From positions 2,621,324 to 2,685,323 of the forward strand of contig BDGG01000001.1 of NCBI GenBank assembly GCA_001949185.1: a DNA stretch of 64,000 nucleotides, in the 5' to 3' direction. This DNA is from Ramazzottius varieornatus (Eukaryota > Animalia > Tardigrada). Below are positions 38,714 to 53,726 of this stretch, piece after piece (position 1 is the stretch's first letter; each line of letters opens with the position of its first letter). A model generated the notes under the pieces. That model was not told where the DNA came from and did no database searches. It saw nothing but the letters and a program-made list of their open reading frames with translations. The position numbers and the translations under genes were made by a program.

Positions 38714-39767
38714 ATGCAGCGAAGGCCTTCTGTGGTCAACGCGGCGTTGAACACTTTCGACATCAGTGCGAAACGCTCAAGAGGTACGATACATTATCAT
38801 TGGCCTAAAAGTCGATGGGAATTGACGGTGTACGTGTTACTTCCTTGTTAGTGGTACTGGGAAGACCCGCTCGAGTCTTCTGGGATCTAGACTCTTGCCA
38901 TATCGCCGGACGTGGTGAGCATACGGAACCACCTTCCCTGATTGAGTTTGTGTTTGCTTTGTAGGTCTTTTAGATTAGGCAAATTCCTTCTTGCAGATTA
39001 CATGAACGAGATTATAAGGAGTATCGAGATCCGCGTCGCGGCAGACACTCGCCAAGATTCTTTCGAGATCTACGCCGGTTGGTTCTCGACAAAGGGAATG
39101 TGAACGAAATTCGATACATCATGCGCCGATCGGGTAACTATTTTCTCGAATTCTTCTAGGTTACAGCAACGCCAGTCACATTCCGGCGGAAGTCTTCCAA
39201 GAACTTCTGCTCTATGACGTAAGAGAACCCACAAAGTGCGCTTTATCTCTGTTTTTATGAAAAGGACAGTCATTGGTTTTGTTGGCTAGCTAGTCTGCAG
39301 GCTCTCACAACTGATACACTGTTGACCGCTGAAGGCAACGCCCATCGATCGCTGACCATTTGTTGTTCCTGCAGGTTAACTTCAATTTTACAAGTCCAGA
39401 TCGTGGCACTGCGGCCGGGCTGGAGCCCGGAGGAAGCCTGAACGATATCGATCTGTACGTCCAGATCGGAAAATACATCGAAGTTCAGAGCCGTCAGACA
39501 CATCTGTTCCCTTATGTTTTGCTGATATCGGGTAATAAGGGGGATCCTGTTTCCGCAGTTAGTGCAATCTAAAATGCGGAGACCTGTGGCAGACCACGTG
39601 TTTCTTTAGGAAGCGTAAATCTGATCAATCGACTACAGGACTACGAGAAGCAGGCCAAGATTGTCTATGCCCTGCGCAAGGAGAAAGCCAGCGACTTCCG
39701 CGTTGGAAATCTAGCATACGAATACACAGCCACAAAAGGCATCGAAAACTTTCGCACGGAGCGCTAA
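38714..39767 (+). CDS. Standalone NYN-domain (MARF1/limkain-b1-like PIN fold) protein, ~195 aa; exons 38714-38783, 38852-38914, 38997-39077, 39160-39218, 39375-39531, 39610-39767
   Basis: Six phase-compatible GT-AG exons give ...ARVFWDLDSCHI...EVFQELLLYDVNF...SLNDIDLYVQI...VLLISGSVNLINRLQD..., paralleling MARF1-type VFWDIENC / EVIQEL / AADDKL / VLVSTDVNF. An in-frame upstream ATG at 38627 is an alternative start. Confidence 0.75.
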
Positions 39768-40348
39768 CGTGAACTGAAACGCCTTGTAAAAACTCCACCA
39801 ACCATCTAGTTCCCTATCTTATCTTATTCTTTTCCTATTCGCACACTGTAAAAACATAAATGAGCTTTACGATTTGGACCACGTAAGGTATCAATATTTT
39901 GGATCATCATGGTATTAATAAAATAAACCATTGAAAATCTCCCTACGAAACTTCGTCGAGAACGTCTTGCAGAAGAACCGTCAGCGTCTATAGTCTGTTG
40001 GACCATGTACCATGAACGTTTAGCTAAACAATACTGCCACCTTGGCGTTGCTTGCAGACGGTTACGTATCTGAGGTGAAGTACCTGGAACCGTCCACCTT
40101 CATGTACGGCGCCATCAAGAGCTCCTTGGCGTACCCTTCTGACACCTACCTCTTTAACGCTGACCTGCGCGAAAACTTATGTTACAAAATTCAAATTATA
40201 GAACTGTAACAAGGACAGGAAACCAATAAAAGCCCGCGCACAGCAGCAGACACGGTAGTGAGCTCTGTTCATCTCCCAAGTCGGCTTAAATCATTTATTA
40301 GTAGAAGACAGGACTCATCTCGCTCGCTCGACCCAGCTCCTGGTGAAC

Positions 40349-40695
40349 ATGACGAAAGTCGCTGTCGTCATCCTGGTACTAGGTGTCTCTGCTATGCTAC
40401 TAGCCGATCAGGTCGCGGGTCAATTGATGCAGATCTCACTTCCTCCTAGAAAACTTTCTCAGGTATGTCGTGGACAGGTCGGCTACTGATAGCGCCATAT
40501 CCAAGTATCGTAATATGGGTAATGTGGCATGTCCAATTTTCCTAGGACGCAACCCAGAAAACCCCACCAGAGGAGGGTTTTGGATGCCCTGTCGATCAGT
40601 CCCAGTGTGACGGCCACTGCAAGGGGCTTGGCGAAGGGCGGACCAGTGGATACTGCGGCGGATTTCTCAAAACCAGTTGCACCTGTGTCTCGTAA
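40349..40695 (+). CDS. Invertebrate CS-alpha/beta defensin precursor (87 aa); exons 40349-40462 and 40546-40695
   Basis: Signal peptide [19 protein letters not shown], a pro-piece, then [39 protein letters not shown] (six Cys, CxxHC, GYC, CxC). Phase-0 GT-AG intron, and AATAAA about 150 nt downstream. Confidence 0.92.
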
Positions 40696-40887
40696 CCTCC
40701 CGGTACTCACTCGTCAGTCCAACCGAGAACCACGTACCTTGTACATATTTTCCTCAAAGGTGGGAAGATTTCTGTTCACCAGTTTTCGATAATGCAGCGC
40801 AAAAGTGCTCTGTACCAAGATTTGACTCAGGACTCTCAAATGTACAAATAAAGCAAAATCAAACTATAAAAGCTACAAAAGTGAAAT

Positions 40888-43536
40888 TTAAACTGATTTC
40901 TCAGAAACGGTTTCGAGCACAATAGGGCGTGAGCTGGAAGTGCTAGACGACGTAGGAAGTCGAGATCGGAGCGTGGCAAGCGAGGGAGTTCTCCGACGGT
41001 CCTCCTTGCAACAAAGGACCCACAGCCGGCACCGGCACTTGCGGAACCGCGCGATTGATTGCCGTAATTCCTCACGGAACTTTTTTGACAAGGCAAAATA
41101 CAGTAAAAAGTTAATGGAGTAGTTCGACAGGAGAACGATGCGTATGACCGGCCTTGCCAGCATGCCGGTGTTAATTGGAAGGAAATATAAGCAGTAAGGG
41201 GCCGACGATACCAGTCGTAGACATTGATAAACCAGCTACAACATAGCATTAAAGTCAGTGATTAGTTTACAAGCTGATAAAGTTATTTAAATGTATGCAA
41301 CACTGACTGCAGGTAGATGCGTGACGAAGTAAACGACCAAACAGCCGATCAATAAATTCCGGCCAGTTTTTTCCTTGCTGTGTCGCCGGCTAAAGCTGGT
41401 TTGAGGACAACTCGTAAGGAAGGTTCTCGCTTGGCGCCGCTGTTGCACTACGATGGCTATGAGTGAGATGTTCAGCACCAACAAGAGACCAAATTTCGCG
41501 CACGTCATCGCTACCTTGAAAAACGAAAAAACCACGGTTGGAACTTGCGTCATGTCGAGCTTGATTACACTGTACGTCTCTTTGTTTTTTCCTCGAACCA
41601 TGCAGCTATGCTTACTTCAGCTATAGTCTGATAGAAGCTCCAGTTGGTCAACCAGTCCGGCCTGTAAGTATGGTATGGTCTCCCATCGCCTAAAGAAATC
41701 AATATAAGATGGATATACAGCCCGTTCAAGCAAACTTGCTACCACCTATTTATCCAAGCGGTCCTCCACGGGATAATCGCGCAACTTCATAACCAGTTTT
41801 TACTCACGCCTGGAATTCCAGAGAGCACGTTTTGTTCGTGATGATTAGTCTTCCCCACCGGAAGTCGTATTAACCTATTTTTCGGGACTATCTCTCAACT
41901 TGTATTATCCAACCATAGCTCACTCGAAGCTGCATGAAAAGTTGTATGATAGTTTATAGGCAAGAAAGGAAGAGAACCAATCTCTATTTTTTCTACGTCG
42001 AAGTTGCAGGTGGTAACAAGTTTGCTTGAACGGGCTGTATAATATTTTATACATTCAATGTTTAACTTGAGTACGATCAGACCATATTTTATCTCGTCTA
42101 ATTATTTGGGCTGTGGGCACGGTTTCTCAAAAGTCTGGGGTCATAGCGTAGAGGCACAGCTGACGAAATTTGAGAAGGGCAAGGGAAGGTTTCGGGTTTA
42201 TCTTGAAAATTGTCGGCCTCCACATGGCAAGCCCCGACCCCTACCCTTGGGCTACCCTGCCCCCGCCTAAATTTCGTCGACTATGCGACCTATGCCTCTA
42301 CGCCGTGACCCCCAGACTTCTGAGGAACTTTGCCCAGAATCCATTTCCCTTTTTTCTACGTTCGTTGTAACAGTGGTGGCCTGAGCGACCATAGCTGATT
42401 CCGCCGGAATAAAGGCAAAATGATTTCGTAACAGGCAACCGTCTTTACCTGGGTCGAGAGTTTGCCAGGTGAAATAATAAATGCCATTTTCCATGGTGAA
42501 AAGTAGAGCGCCGAACAGCAGCAGAAGAACGATTCCGATAGCCGTCCGTTTTCGGACACCGGTTCGCGACATGTTGGAGTCGTTGCTCGCTAGAATAGCA
42601 CGTGGAGTTCCCCGATAGTCATCGGTCGAACTGGCCAGCACCTCGCGAGACGAACCAATATACTTCGTACTGGTCCCCCATGACCAGAAGAACAGGGACT
42701 TCCTGGTGGAAACCGTCATCACGTTGCGCATACCTTGACTAGACTGGTTGAAGGTATGGGTAATATAATAGAAGGAACGAAGACGGTCGCAGGACAACGC
42801 AATCAAAATCCAGTCGGACCACTGGAGAAAAGCTTCCAGTCCCCATTGCTGCACTCCGTAGAATCGTTTGAAGTTCAACGTGAAAGTACTGTTGTCTTTG
42901 AGGTCAAGGCCCATGAAATACTGACCGACCCAAGTGGGAATCTGGAACCACCTGTGAGAAGCAGCACCAGTCTTGTTTAAGCAGTTCTCTGCAGAGTCAG
43001 CTTAGACTACAAGGGAGGTCGGTATACAATCGCGGGATGATGATAAGTCGAGTGGCGCAGTTTTCGTTGTTTTTGCCTGGAGCCGTGCGCCGCTTAAAAT
43101 GACGTTCATCGTGAGATTGTTTGCCGGCCTCCCACAAGTTTTTAGAAATTCTGCTGGTATCAGCATATCTGCCGACCCGGTAATTTTCACACAAAACGTC
43201 GACTCACAGCAAGATCATATCCGAAATGGCCATGGATATGAGGAAGACCTTGGTGGACTTCGAGACGAGTATGGAGTTGGGCGTTTTCTTCTCACCGGAC
43301 ATCACAGTGATGTTAAGGATATTACCAATTGTGCACACTATGACCAGTACTGGCAGACCTACGAAGAACACCGAGAATCCCTTTGGCTAGTTTGTTTGGA
43401 GAATCATGCTGTTCAGTTCTCGAAAGTTGCGGCAGGATTTCGAGCACTCACCGACGAGCTCCACCCATCGAACAGGATGGCCAAAGTCCACAGTCACGTT
43501 TTGGGTCCGGTTACACGAATCCACATAAATACCCAT
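40888..43536 (-). CDS. Rhodopsin-like (class A) GPCR, peptide-receptor type (FMRFamide/sex-peptide-receptor-like group)
   Basis: N-terminal NRT and NVT sequons, TM1 CTIGNILNITV, TM2 FLISMAISD, TM3 LIALSCDRL, TM6 YFVTHLP, TM7 SNYSINFLLYFALSKKFR. Confidence 0.88.
41718..42037. mobile_element. TA-flanked MITE (Tc1/mariner/pogo-type) in a GPCR intron, 320 bp
   Basis: 30-bp TIRs CAGCCCGTTCAAGCAAACTTG(C/T)TACCACCT with one mismatch, and TA at both ends. Confidence 0.9.
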
Positions 43537-44488
43537 CTTGATCACTTGGCAGGTTACCGAGTCTTTATCATACTGTCGAGCTGCTGATCATCATATTCCA
43601 TTGGCACCAAGGAAAATTTCTGAATATTGATGAACAAAAGAGAAAACACTGCGCCACTGTGGCAGCCCCTGTATTCGAACACTCTGCGTTTCGTTCGTGG
43701 CGGGCCCGTATCATGTTGCGGATAAAAATATATACACTACGGGCCGACTTGAACATCAAACGTGAACCATGTGTGAGACCTGTGCAGCAGACGAGTAAGG
43801 AATTCATGATGCCCGGGAGGTATGCAAAACCAGTGCCTGACATTAGAACAGCTGGAAACTTCTGCGCCGCAAATGCACGATTGTACTGTCTTAACGTGCT
43901 TACATAGTGCGTACTACGAGCAACACCAAGTGGATTGCACGATGGATTAATTGTTTCTTGTCAACGGCGATTTGAAGTTCCGAGTAGGAGACCTATAGGC
44001 GGTTCTACGCTCACATGTTTACGACAAAGCCACGTCCAGGTATGCCCGTTCAGTGCTTGAATCTCGCCTTAAGTATATGATCGACGGGAGGATTCAAGGC
44101 TGAACAATCAGAGCAAAGGACATCCGAGCAAAGGCTCTTCAAAGTTCAAGGGCATACTCTAGTCACCAACTCGAGACGTTGATCGATACAGCTGACGTTT
44201 AAATATTGCACCACAAAGTCGGGTAAACGATAAACTGTCATTTAAATATTACAGATAACCATCAGCGTTCAGCCAAAGTATCAAAGTTGAAACAAGAAAA
44301 TTAATGCGTCGGTTTTCAACAATAATGTAAAAAATAATCATCAGCAACAAGAAGATCGACAAGCTGTATAAAAAGATCACGAAAAGGTTATAGAAGCAGT
44401 GAAAGGCAGAATAGGCGGAATATTGTTTGTGGTCGAACATATCTTGGTTACGAAAATTATCATCGATGGAAAAGCCACTACCTTGTTC

Positions 44489-47273
<2,785 letters not shown>

Positions 47274-48343
47274 TCTTGATGGTCACCAGAGTTCCCGAAA
47301 CCAGAATTTCCGCGCCTCCTAAAGTCAGCTTACGGTCACCTATAATATAACAGCATCGTTAATACTATGTTAGTTGAAACCAGCGAACTTCCATGGCTAA
47401 TATGCGAGCTATTGCGCTATGTATCGTGTGCTACGTTGTTCTGTGGTCTGTGTTGACACTTGGCATGTAATCCATCAATCACAGTTTCGAACTCAAGATG
47501 GTGTCGCTCTGATTAAAACCCAAGAAGGTCCAAACAATTTGTAAGCATGGCGTAGTGGGTCAAGTTCTGGGTATCAGAGCGCATAAAACGCTTGTCGTCA
47601 AAAACTCGATCAATCTTTTATTGCTATATAGCCGACCTACCAGTTCACCTGAAACAAAAGCAAAGATGTCTTGACTGCAGGCACAGCCGTACTGGAAAAT
47701 CGAACAGATCAGACTTGCAAAGTAGGCTATTTTGGCCTGGGGGTAACAAGAAGAGCACACAAGAAAACTTACGAAGAATAAGATTGGACCAGACCGGATC
47801 GGGGGACCGTGACGGTAATGCTGACGATCCGAGGAGAAGACGGAAGGAATCCACAGTCACAGAACCAATGCAGATGTTTCCCCAGTCCCACCAACGCTTT
47901 CGCCGCCTCGTCAACCTCGGGAAAGTCTCCAAACTCCAGAGAGCAGGTCCAGTGCAATCGAGACAAACCTTGGAATTTTTGACAGTTCGGGAACACGAAT
48001 GATCCGAATGAATGGAGCTATCTGCCAGACCGCCTCTGTTCTGGCAAAAGTCAAATTTTCCAACAGCACGACTTGTTTGTTTATCACAATCTCATGAGTC
48101 ATTCCGTTTGAGGTCAAAGCGGTGATTCATCTGGCTAACCCATGTTTCGAAGTTTGATTGTTGATTGTTCAACTTGTTCAGCAGGGATCGAATTCGCGTC
48201 ACTTCACTGATCTTCGCTGTGGACGTCGGCCGTCAGTAGCAATCGCAGCATCCAGGTTGCAGGCGCTGGGTTATTCAAGCTTCAGGGCGAACTCTGTTCC
48301 CTTGTGAGCCATTGAGCTCGGACATTGGAGGGATGGATGTGGA

Positions 48344-49507
48344 ATGATGTTGTTCCGGCCACTGATCAACCGCAAGCTGTTTCCTTTCCCTAGCTTCCAC
48401 CTGCGGGACTTGCAAGACTTGAAGACGCTCTTCCACACAATGGCAGCACGGTTGACTCAACAGCGGGTTTTGATGTCTAAGTCAAAGGGAGTAGCCCCGG
48501 TCGAATCCTACGACCTGGCAAAGGACAAACGGCTGGTTTGGGTCGACTTGGAGGTAAGGCGTATTCCTTATAGAGTCCACTTCCGGCTGCACTGAATCTG
48601 TTCTGTGTTCGCAGATGTCGGGTTTGGAGTTGGAAACACATAAGATTGTCGAAATGGCATGTATTGTTACGGATGAGGAGTTGAACATTGTGGCCGAAGT
48701 ACGTTAGCACGAAGCGTAAGTGTCAACGGGGAAAAGAGCAACTCTGTTAATACCAGCTTCTTTTATAGAGTCCCAATGTCGTAATAAACTATCCCCAGCT
48801 ACAGTTCTCCGACTGGTGCCAGACAAACTTCGCGAAGGTAAACTGCGTTCTTGCATTCTTACCACGGAGCCGAATGCTGAATTTACGTTTCTGCATAGTC
48901 AGGTTTGCTTCGGGAAATCACGGAGAGCAAGATTTCCCTTTCGGAAGCGGAGAACATTATGGTCAGTTTCCTAAAACGACATGTGAATCCAAAGATGTGT
49001 CCGCTGGCCGGAAACTCTGTCTACATGGATCGAATATTCCTTCGCAAATACATGCCAAAGTTTGATGTACGTAGGTTCGGGCTGGTAACTGCGTTGTCGT
49101 AACAATCTGACTTGCTTTGGATTGTTTCAGGAGTTTCTTCACCATCGCATTGGTATGCGAAAGTTCCAAATAGCGCATTTTTGTGCTCCAGTCCTTCCGC
49201 ATTAGAATATGAGATCTTACTCTTCGGGTCGTTTCTAGTTGATGTTTCAACGGTGAAGGAGCTAACACGGCGCTGGTACCCGGACATTTTTCAGCAGCAG
49301 CCCGCTAAGGCCTTCACGCACCGGTGGGTTGATACAGTATACTCAAAAACCTACTCGTATGTCGTTCTCTTCCACTGCCCGTTCCGCACAATACTTACGT
49401 GCTCGAACGTGCCTGATTACAGGGCTCTTCAGGATATCAAAGAGTCCATTGCGGAGCTGTTATTCTACCGGAAGAACGTTTTCCTCCAAACGGCACCGGC
49501 GAAGTGA
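48344..49507 (+). CDS. REXO2: Oligoribonuclease (DEDDh) with a probable mitochondrial presequence
   Basis: LVWVDLE|MSGL, IVEMACIVTD, PLAGNSVYMDRIFL, HRI|VDVSTVKEL, HR|ALQDIKESIAEL. Includes a 22-nt micro-exon near 49130-49151. Confidence 0.95.
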
Positions 49508-49853
49508 CTTTGGCCTGGAATAGTTTTGTGATTTGGTTGTACTGTGGCTCTTCTCAAACTGCAAGATTCCCCAGCCAGAGTGAGGTGTGGGAAGGTGTCT
49601 CTTGAGCTGTTTTCATGTCCAAAATTCTGCTGATGGTTGGTATTCTCTGTGAAGGAGCTACAGGATGTTTGACTTCCGAACGAAAGTACTAACATCTTTT
49701 TTATAACCCATAATGCTTGCATAATGCTGCTTTTGTTAAGGCCATTGTCCGAGCGAATAGCACCAGGGAAAAAAACCAGAATATTTACACAGAAGAATTC
49801 AGGATGCTGGTAAAGATCGCGGTCAACTACAAATCACAGGAATTATTCATTTT

Positions 49854-52255
49854 TTATTTTTTATTAAATAGTTCCCAGGCCGCTTTTCTAATTTCCTCCT
49901 CCGTAGCTTTGTTGAAGCTCATTCTGACCGGAGGGGATTCCCCATAAGAAGAGGGAGGTGGAGCGTTATTCCAAGGTCTGTCAGGGTCAGCAACCCGATC
50001 GGAAGTAGAATCAGGAAGTTCTTCGGTTCTCTCTCTCCATGGCCGTATGTGGTCCCACGGTTGATAGTCATGCATAGGCGGAATTGGGTCCTCTCTAGGT
50101 GCACGTTCGCCCGAGTAGTCAAACGGCATCTGGTTGAAGGCGGTTCCAGGCTTCTCGGTTCTTTGTCCGCGTTTCCACTGAGGAGCTGTAAAGGCTGGCG
50201 CGGAAGAGTAAGCGGAAGGTGGAGCGAAGTCCGGGTTGCGTTCGGCCCTCGACTTCTCCAGGAAGTTCTCGATACCTGTCTTCGACTTTGGCAGCAAGTT
50301 CTGAAGGTCTTGTTCCACTAAAACACGTCCGCTATTGATAACTTAATCGACAAGCGATATACCGAGAAGACCATCAGTTACGTCAGATAGTCGTAAGTTC
50401 GAGTTTGAGATGACATTTTATCGTCTCGTACCTTTTCCTCGGTCCCATTCGCGACTACCAGGTTTGGGAATGTAAATCGGCTCGTCCACTTTAGATTCCT
50501 CCTTTGACTGAAGTGACCTTTCGAACTCGTCGAACTCATCTGCAAAAAACATATCTTTCCTTGAACTACTACACTTTTATTTATAAGGGGTATAAAACAC
50601 TATCTGTGGCCGTGAAACTTACCGGTCTTGTCCGAGGTTTCCGAGGTGTCGACTGGCGGAAGTCCTTTTCTTTCTCGAAGCTTAGCCATTCGAGCATCTT
50701 TTTCAGCTTTCCGCTTGGCACTGATTGCATCCTTCTTTGCTCTGTTCCGAATGGTGGCTTCGTGGGCACTCTTCAAGTTCTCCAGCTCCTTCTGACGTTC
50801 TCCCTCGTCGGTTGAGAATGCGTAGTATCCCACACCCAGATTTCTAACTTCTACGCAAAAATAAGAACAACAAAGAAGTTAAGAATGCTGATATGTTAGT
50901 TATTAAGCGAAAGGCGGATTCTACCGTGCGGATAAAGTTACTAACCATTGCTTCGGACTGCCTGGTAATGCACAGGTCGTGCTCCAAGAACGTCAGGTTC
51001 ATCCGCATCTTCTGCGCCTTTCTCGTTCTTTTCCCATTCCAATCGTTCCATTTCCCGACGCATATCGTCAGACATCAACGTTCGCACGCTCATACTACAA
51101 ACAAAGACGCGCCTTATCAATCCTCTGTTCCGTTATTCACCGTCGCACAAACCAAAATAGTAGTGTAGTGAAATCCAAAGGAAAATACTACTGAATATCA
51201 TACGGGGTTTGTCCGAAGTCGAATCCTGCAGGTTGCGCGAAATTCTGGACTGTAGCTGGAGGTGCAACTAGTATACCGGGCACCGCTTCCGTGCTCACTT
51301 CCGGTTGCAAACGGCCACTCATATCCGCAGCGAGCTTCTTATTTTCCTCCAAAATACTTGGCAAATCTTTGCGAAGACATCTGCGGGAGCGCCCAAGGTA
51401 GTCTTCGTACTCAACCCTTTAGAAAAGCACAGAGTTGGACCACGCCGTACACATATCGAACCGATCGCCCGACGTGGAACTTTGCACTCGGTTACTTATA
51501 CAGTACCATTCTTCGGCGGGTACAGATGGCTGCGGATACGGGCCGCTCTCATCTTCGCTGAAGTCATCTTCATCCTTGATATTGTTCGAGGCTAAATTTC
51601 GAGCTGCTTCTCGAGCTAGATTCCTATCTTCTTGAGCTCTTCGACCAAAGTCCACCAGATATTGGTCGTCTTCGTCCCCTTCCGGAGTGTAATGGGCTTG
51701 CTTGAGACGATCGTACAGCTTTTCCTTCTGGGCCAATTTGATTCTGGCAAGAAAATGAAACCATTGTTGGTGTCCACCGTCCAATATAGAGTGAAGTGCG
51801 AGAATATAGTTGACTAACGGATGTTGTGAACTGTACCAACTTGGCTTTCTCCCAGCTCAAACTCTCTTCAGATAAGGCGTCGGTAGATACTTCCGCTTGT
51901 TCCAAGTCGGTCGAGCTCTTCTTCTTCGCTGACGGCTTAGGCTTCTGGAAGGAACATTCATAAACGACAGTATATCCCCGGGAGTATTCGGTATCAAATG
52001 GGGTAAGTACTTACCAAAAAGTTGTTCTTCGCCACTTGATATCCCGAGATGGAGTTGGTACTGCCAGAAGCCGCGTTACTTTTCTTCTTGGAAGCTTCCT
52101 GTTTCCGGAACAGCTCGGCCTTAAGATTGTGGATCTGCAACGGAAGGGCACACAGTTTAGGCTGACAGACCCATTGTGCGGGAACAGTATCAACTCTGAC
52201 AGCGAGATATACTTACGGCAGAAACATTCGTGATGTAGAAAGGTTTGTCCGTCAT
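49854..52255 (-). CDS. CCDC174: Coiled-coil domain-containing protein 174-like (multi-exon)
   Basis: NLKAELFRKQE, KEKLYDRL...YLVDF, EEW|VEYEDYLGRSRRCLRKDLP, VHYQ, RNLGVGYYAFSTDEGERQKELENL. Confidence 0.85.
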
Positions 52256-53726
52256 CCTGACAAGAACGACGTCTGGCAGCTGACGTGTACTTCCTCCGGT
52301 ACGTACCCTGTCGTTTCCGACGTGTAAATTTGATGCAGATTCGAATCTGTTGAACGGATCCCGTTTGCCCCCTCTGCTCGGGTCGATGTTTCGACACCTG
52401 AAAGAAGACTCGATCCAGGTAGTGTAATCTGGTAAATTAATGGAGCAGTCCGCCACCTCGTAAGAGAGTAACTGCTGCTGCAGCGTTGAACGGGATGATG
52501 AATCAATCAATCACAGCGGGAAACGAGTCACTCCTACGGGTCCTACAACCCATAGTAGTAGACACTCCAGAGGTTGATACGGCGCTCGAGCAGAGCAGGA
52601 AATCGGATTAGCGTGGGAATAAGCCAATTGAAAGGGAGCACGTGGGCGGAGCCGAAGCGACTGAACCCACTAATGTGCTCGGTGCTTAATTCCCGAGTAA
52701 GGCATATGGGCCGTTACTCGAGTGCGTAAGAAATCCAACTAAGCTTTTCTATGGGTATTTCTTCCAAAAAGTTTTTCAAAACCTCAGATTTGCTTTCAAG
52801 ACGTCCCGCCGAGGTGCCAACTGCCCCACTAACTGCATCTTTCAGGGTTTGACGTCGGTTATTGATTATTCGTCAAACTGTAGCAATGACTGCACGCTCA
52901 ACGGTGACTTTGTCAACCCAGAAACCAACAAAAATCTCAGTTTAACTGCGGGTGTAACTGTGGCTTTCGAAAATTCGATGATACTGCAATCTCAACTGTG
53001 GCTTTTGCCACTTTCTGGATTTTACTTTGCCTTTAACTGCTGCTTTTCGTATCAAGATTCACTTGAGATTTAAGCAGTCGGAACTGGACATCACTTTTTC
53101 CGTTGCTGTATCAGAACTGGAAACTTCGTGTGATTTGACATCGCGTCTTACCGAAAAGTCATTAATTACGAAAATTGATGAACGTTTTGCAAAACCTTCC
53201 GGAGAAGTTACGCTAATCGGCTGGATCGCGTAGCGGGTCAGCCGATAAGAGTAAGGAATGGGGGGGGGGGCAAAGTCTTACACACTGCTCGGATTTCTTG
53301 CGCTGCTCGAGTTCCGTATCAACCTCTCTACTATGAATCAATGTTCAATCTGTCTTGAAAAACTGCTCCGAGCCTCCGAAAGTTCGTTCGACGGTTCGAG
53401 CACCAGCCACCAGGCATGGGCAGTTGATGCACTGAACCTTTGTGCAAGGTCTTCCATTTCTTATTTTCTTGGTCCCATCTTGACGGCCTTTCTCCTTTCG
53501 GTCATAATTTGAACAGCCTCTCATTCTCTCGAGCAAATTTCATTACTACCACCGCATGATATGAATGCTACATCGCTCCATGAAAGCATCTAACCAATCG
53601 ATCCACAGAGTGGTTAGTTCAAAAGCCCGAGCAGAAGCTGAAGACGTGAAAGAAAGCTATGTACAGTACAGTACTACGGATACGGGAAATGATACGACGT
53701 TGAAGCTGATATGGAGAAAGCGCCTA

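Noticed and set aside
53333-53512. RING-like start MNQCSICLEKLL
   Set aside because: Only the first CxxC is present, with no further RING ligands and no convincing exon chain.
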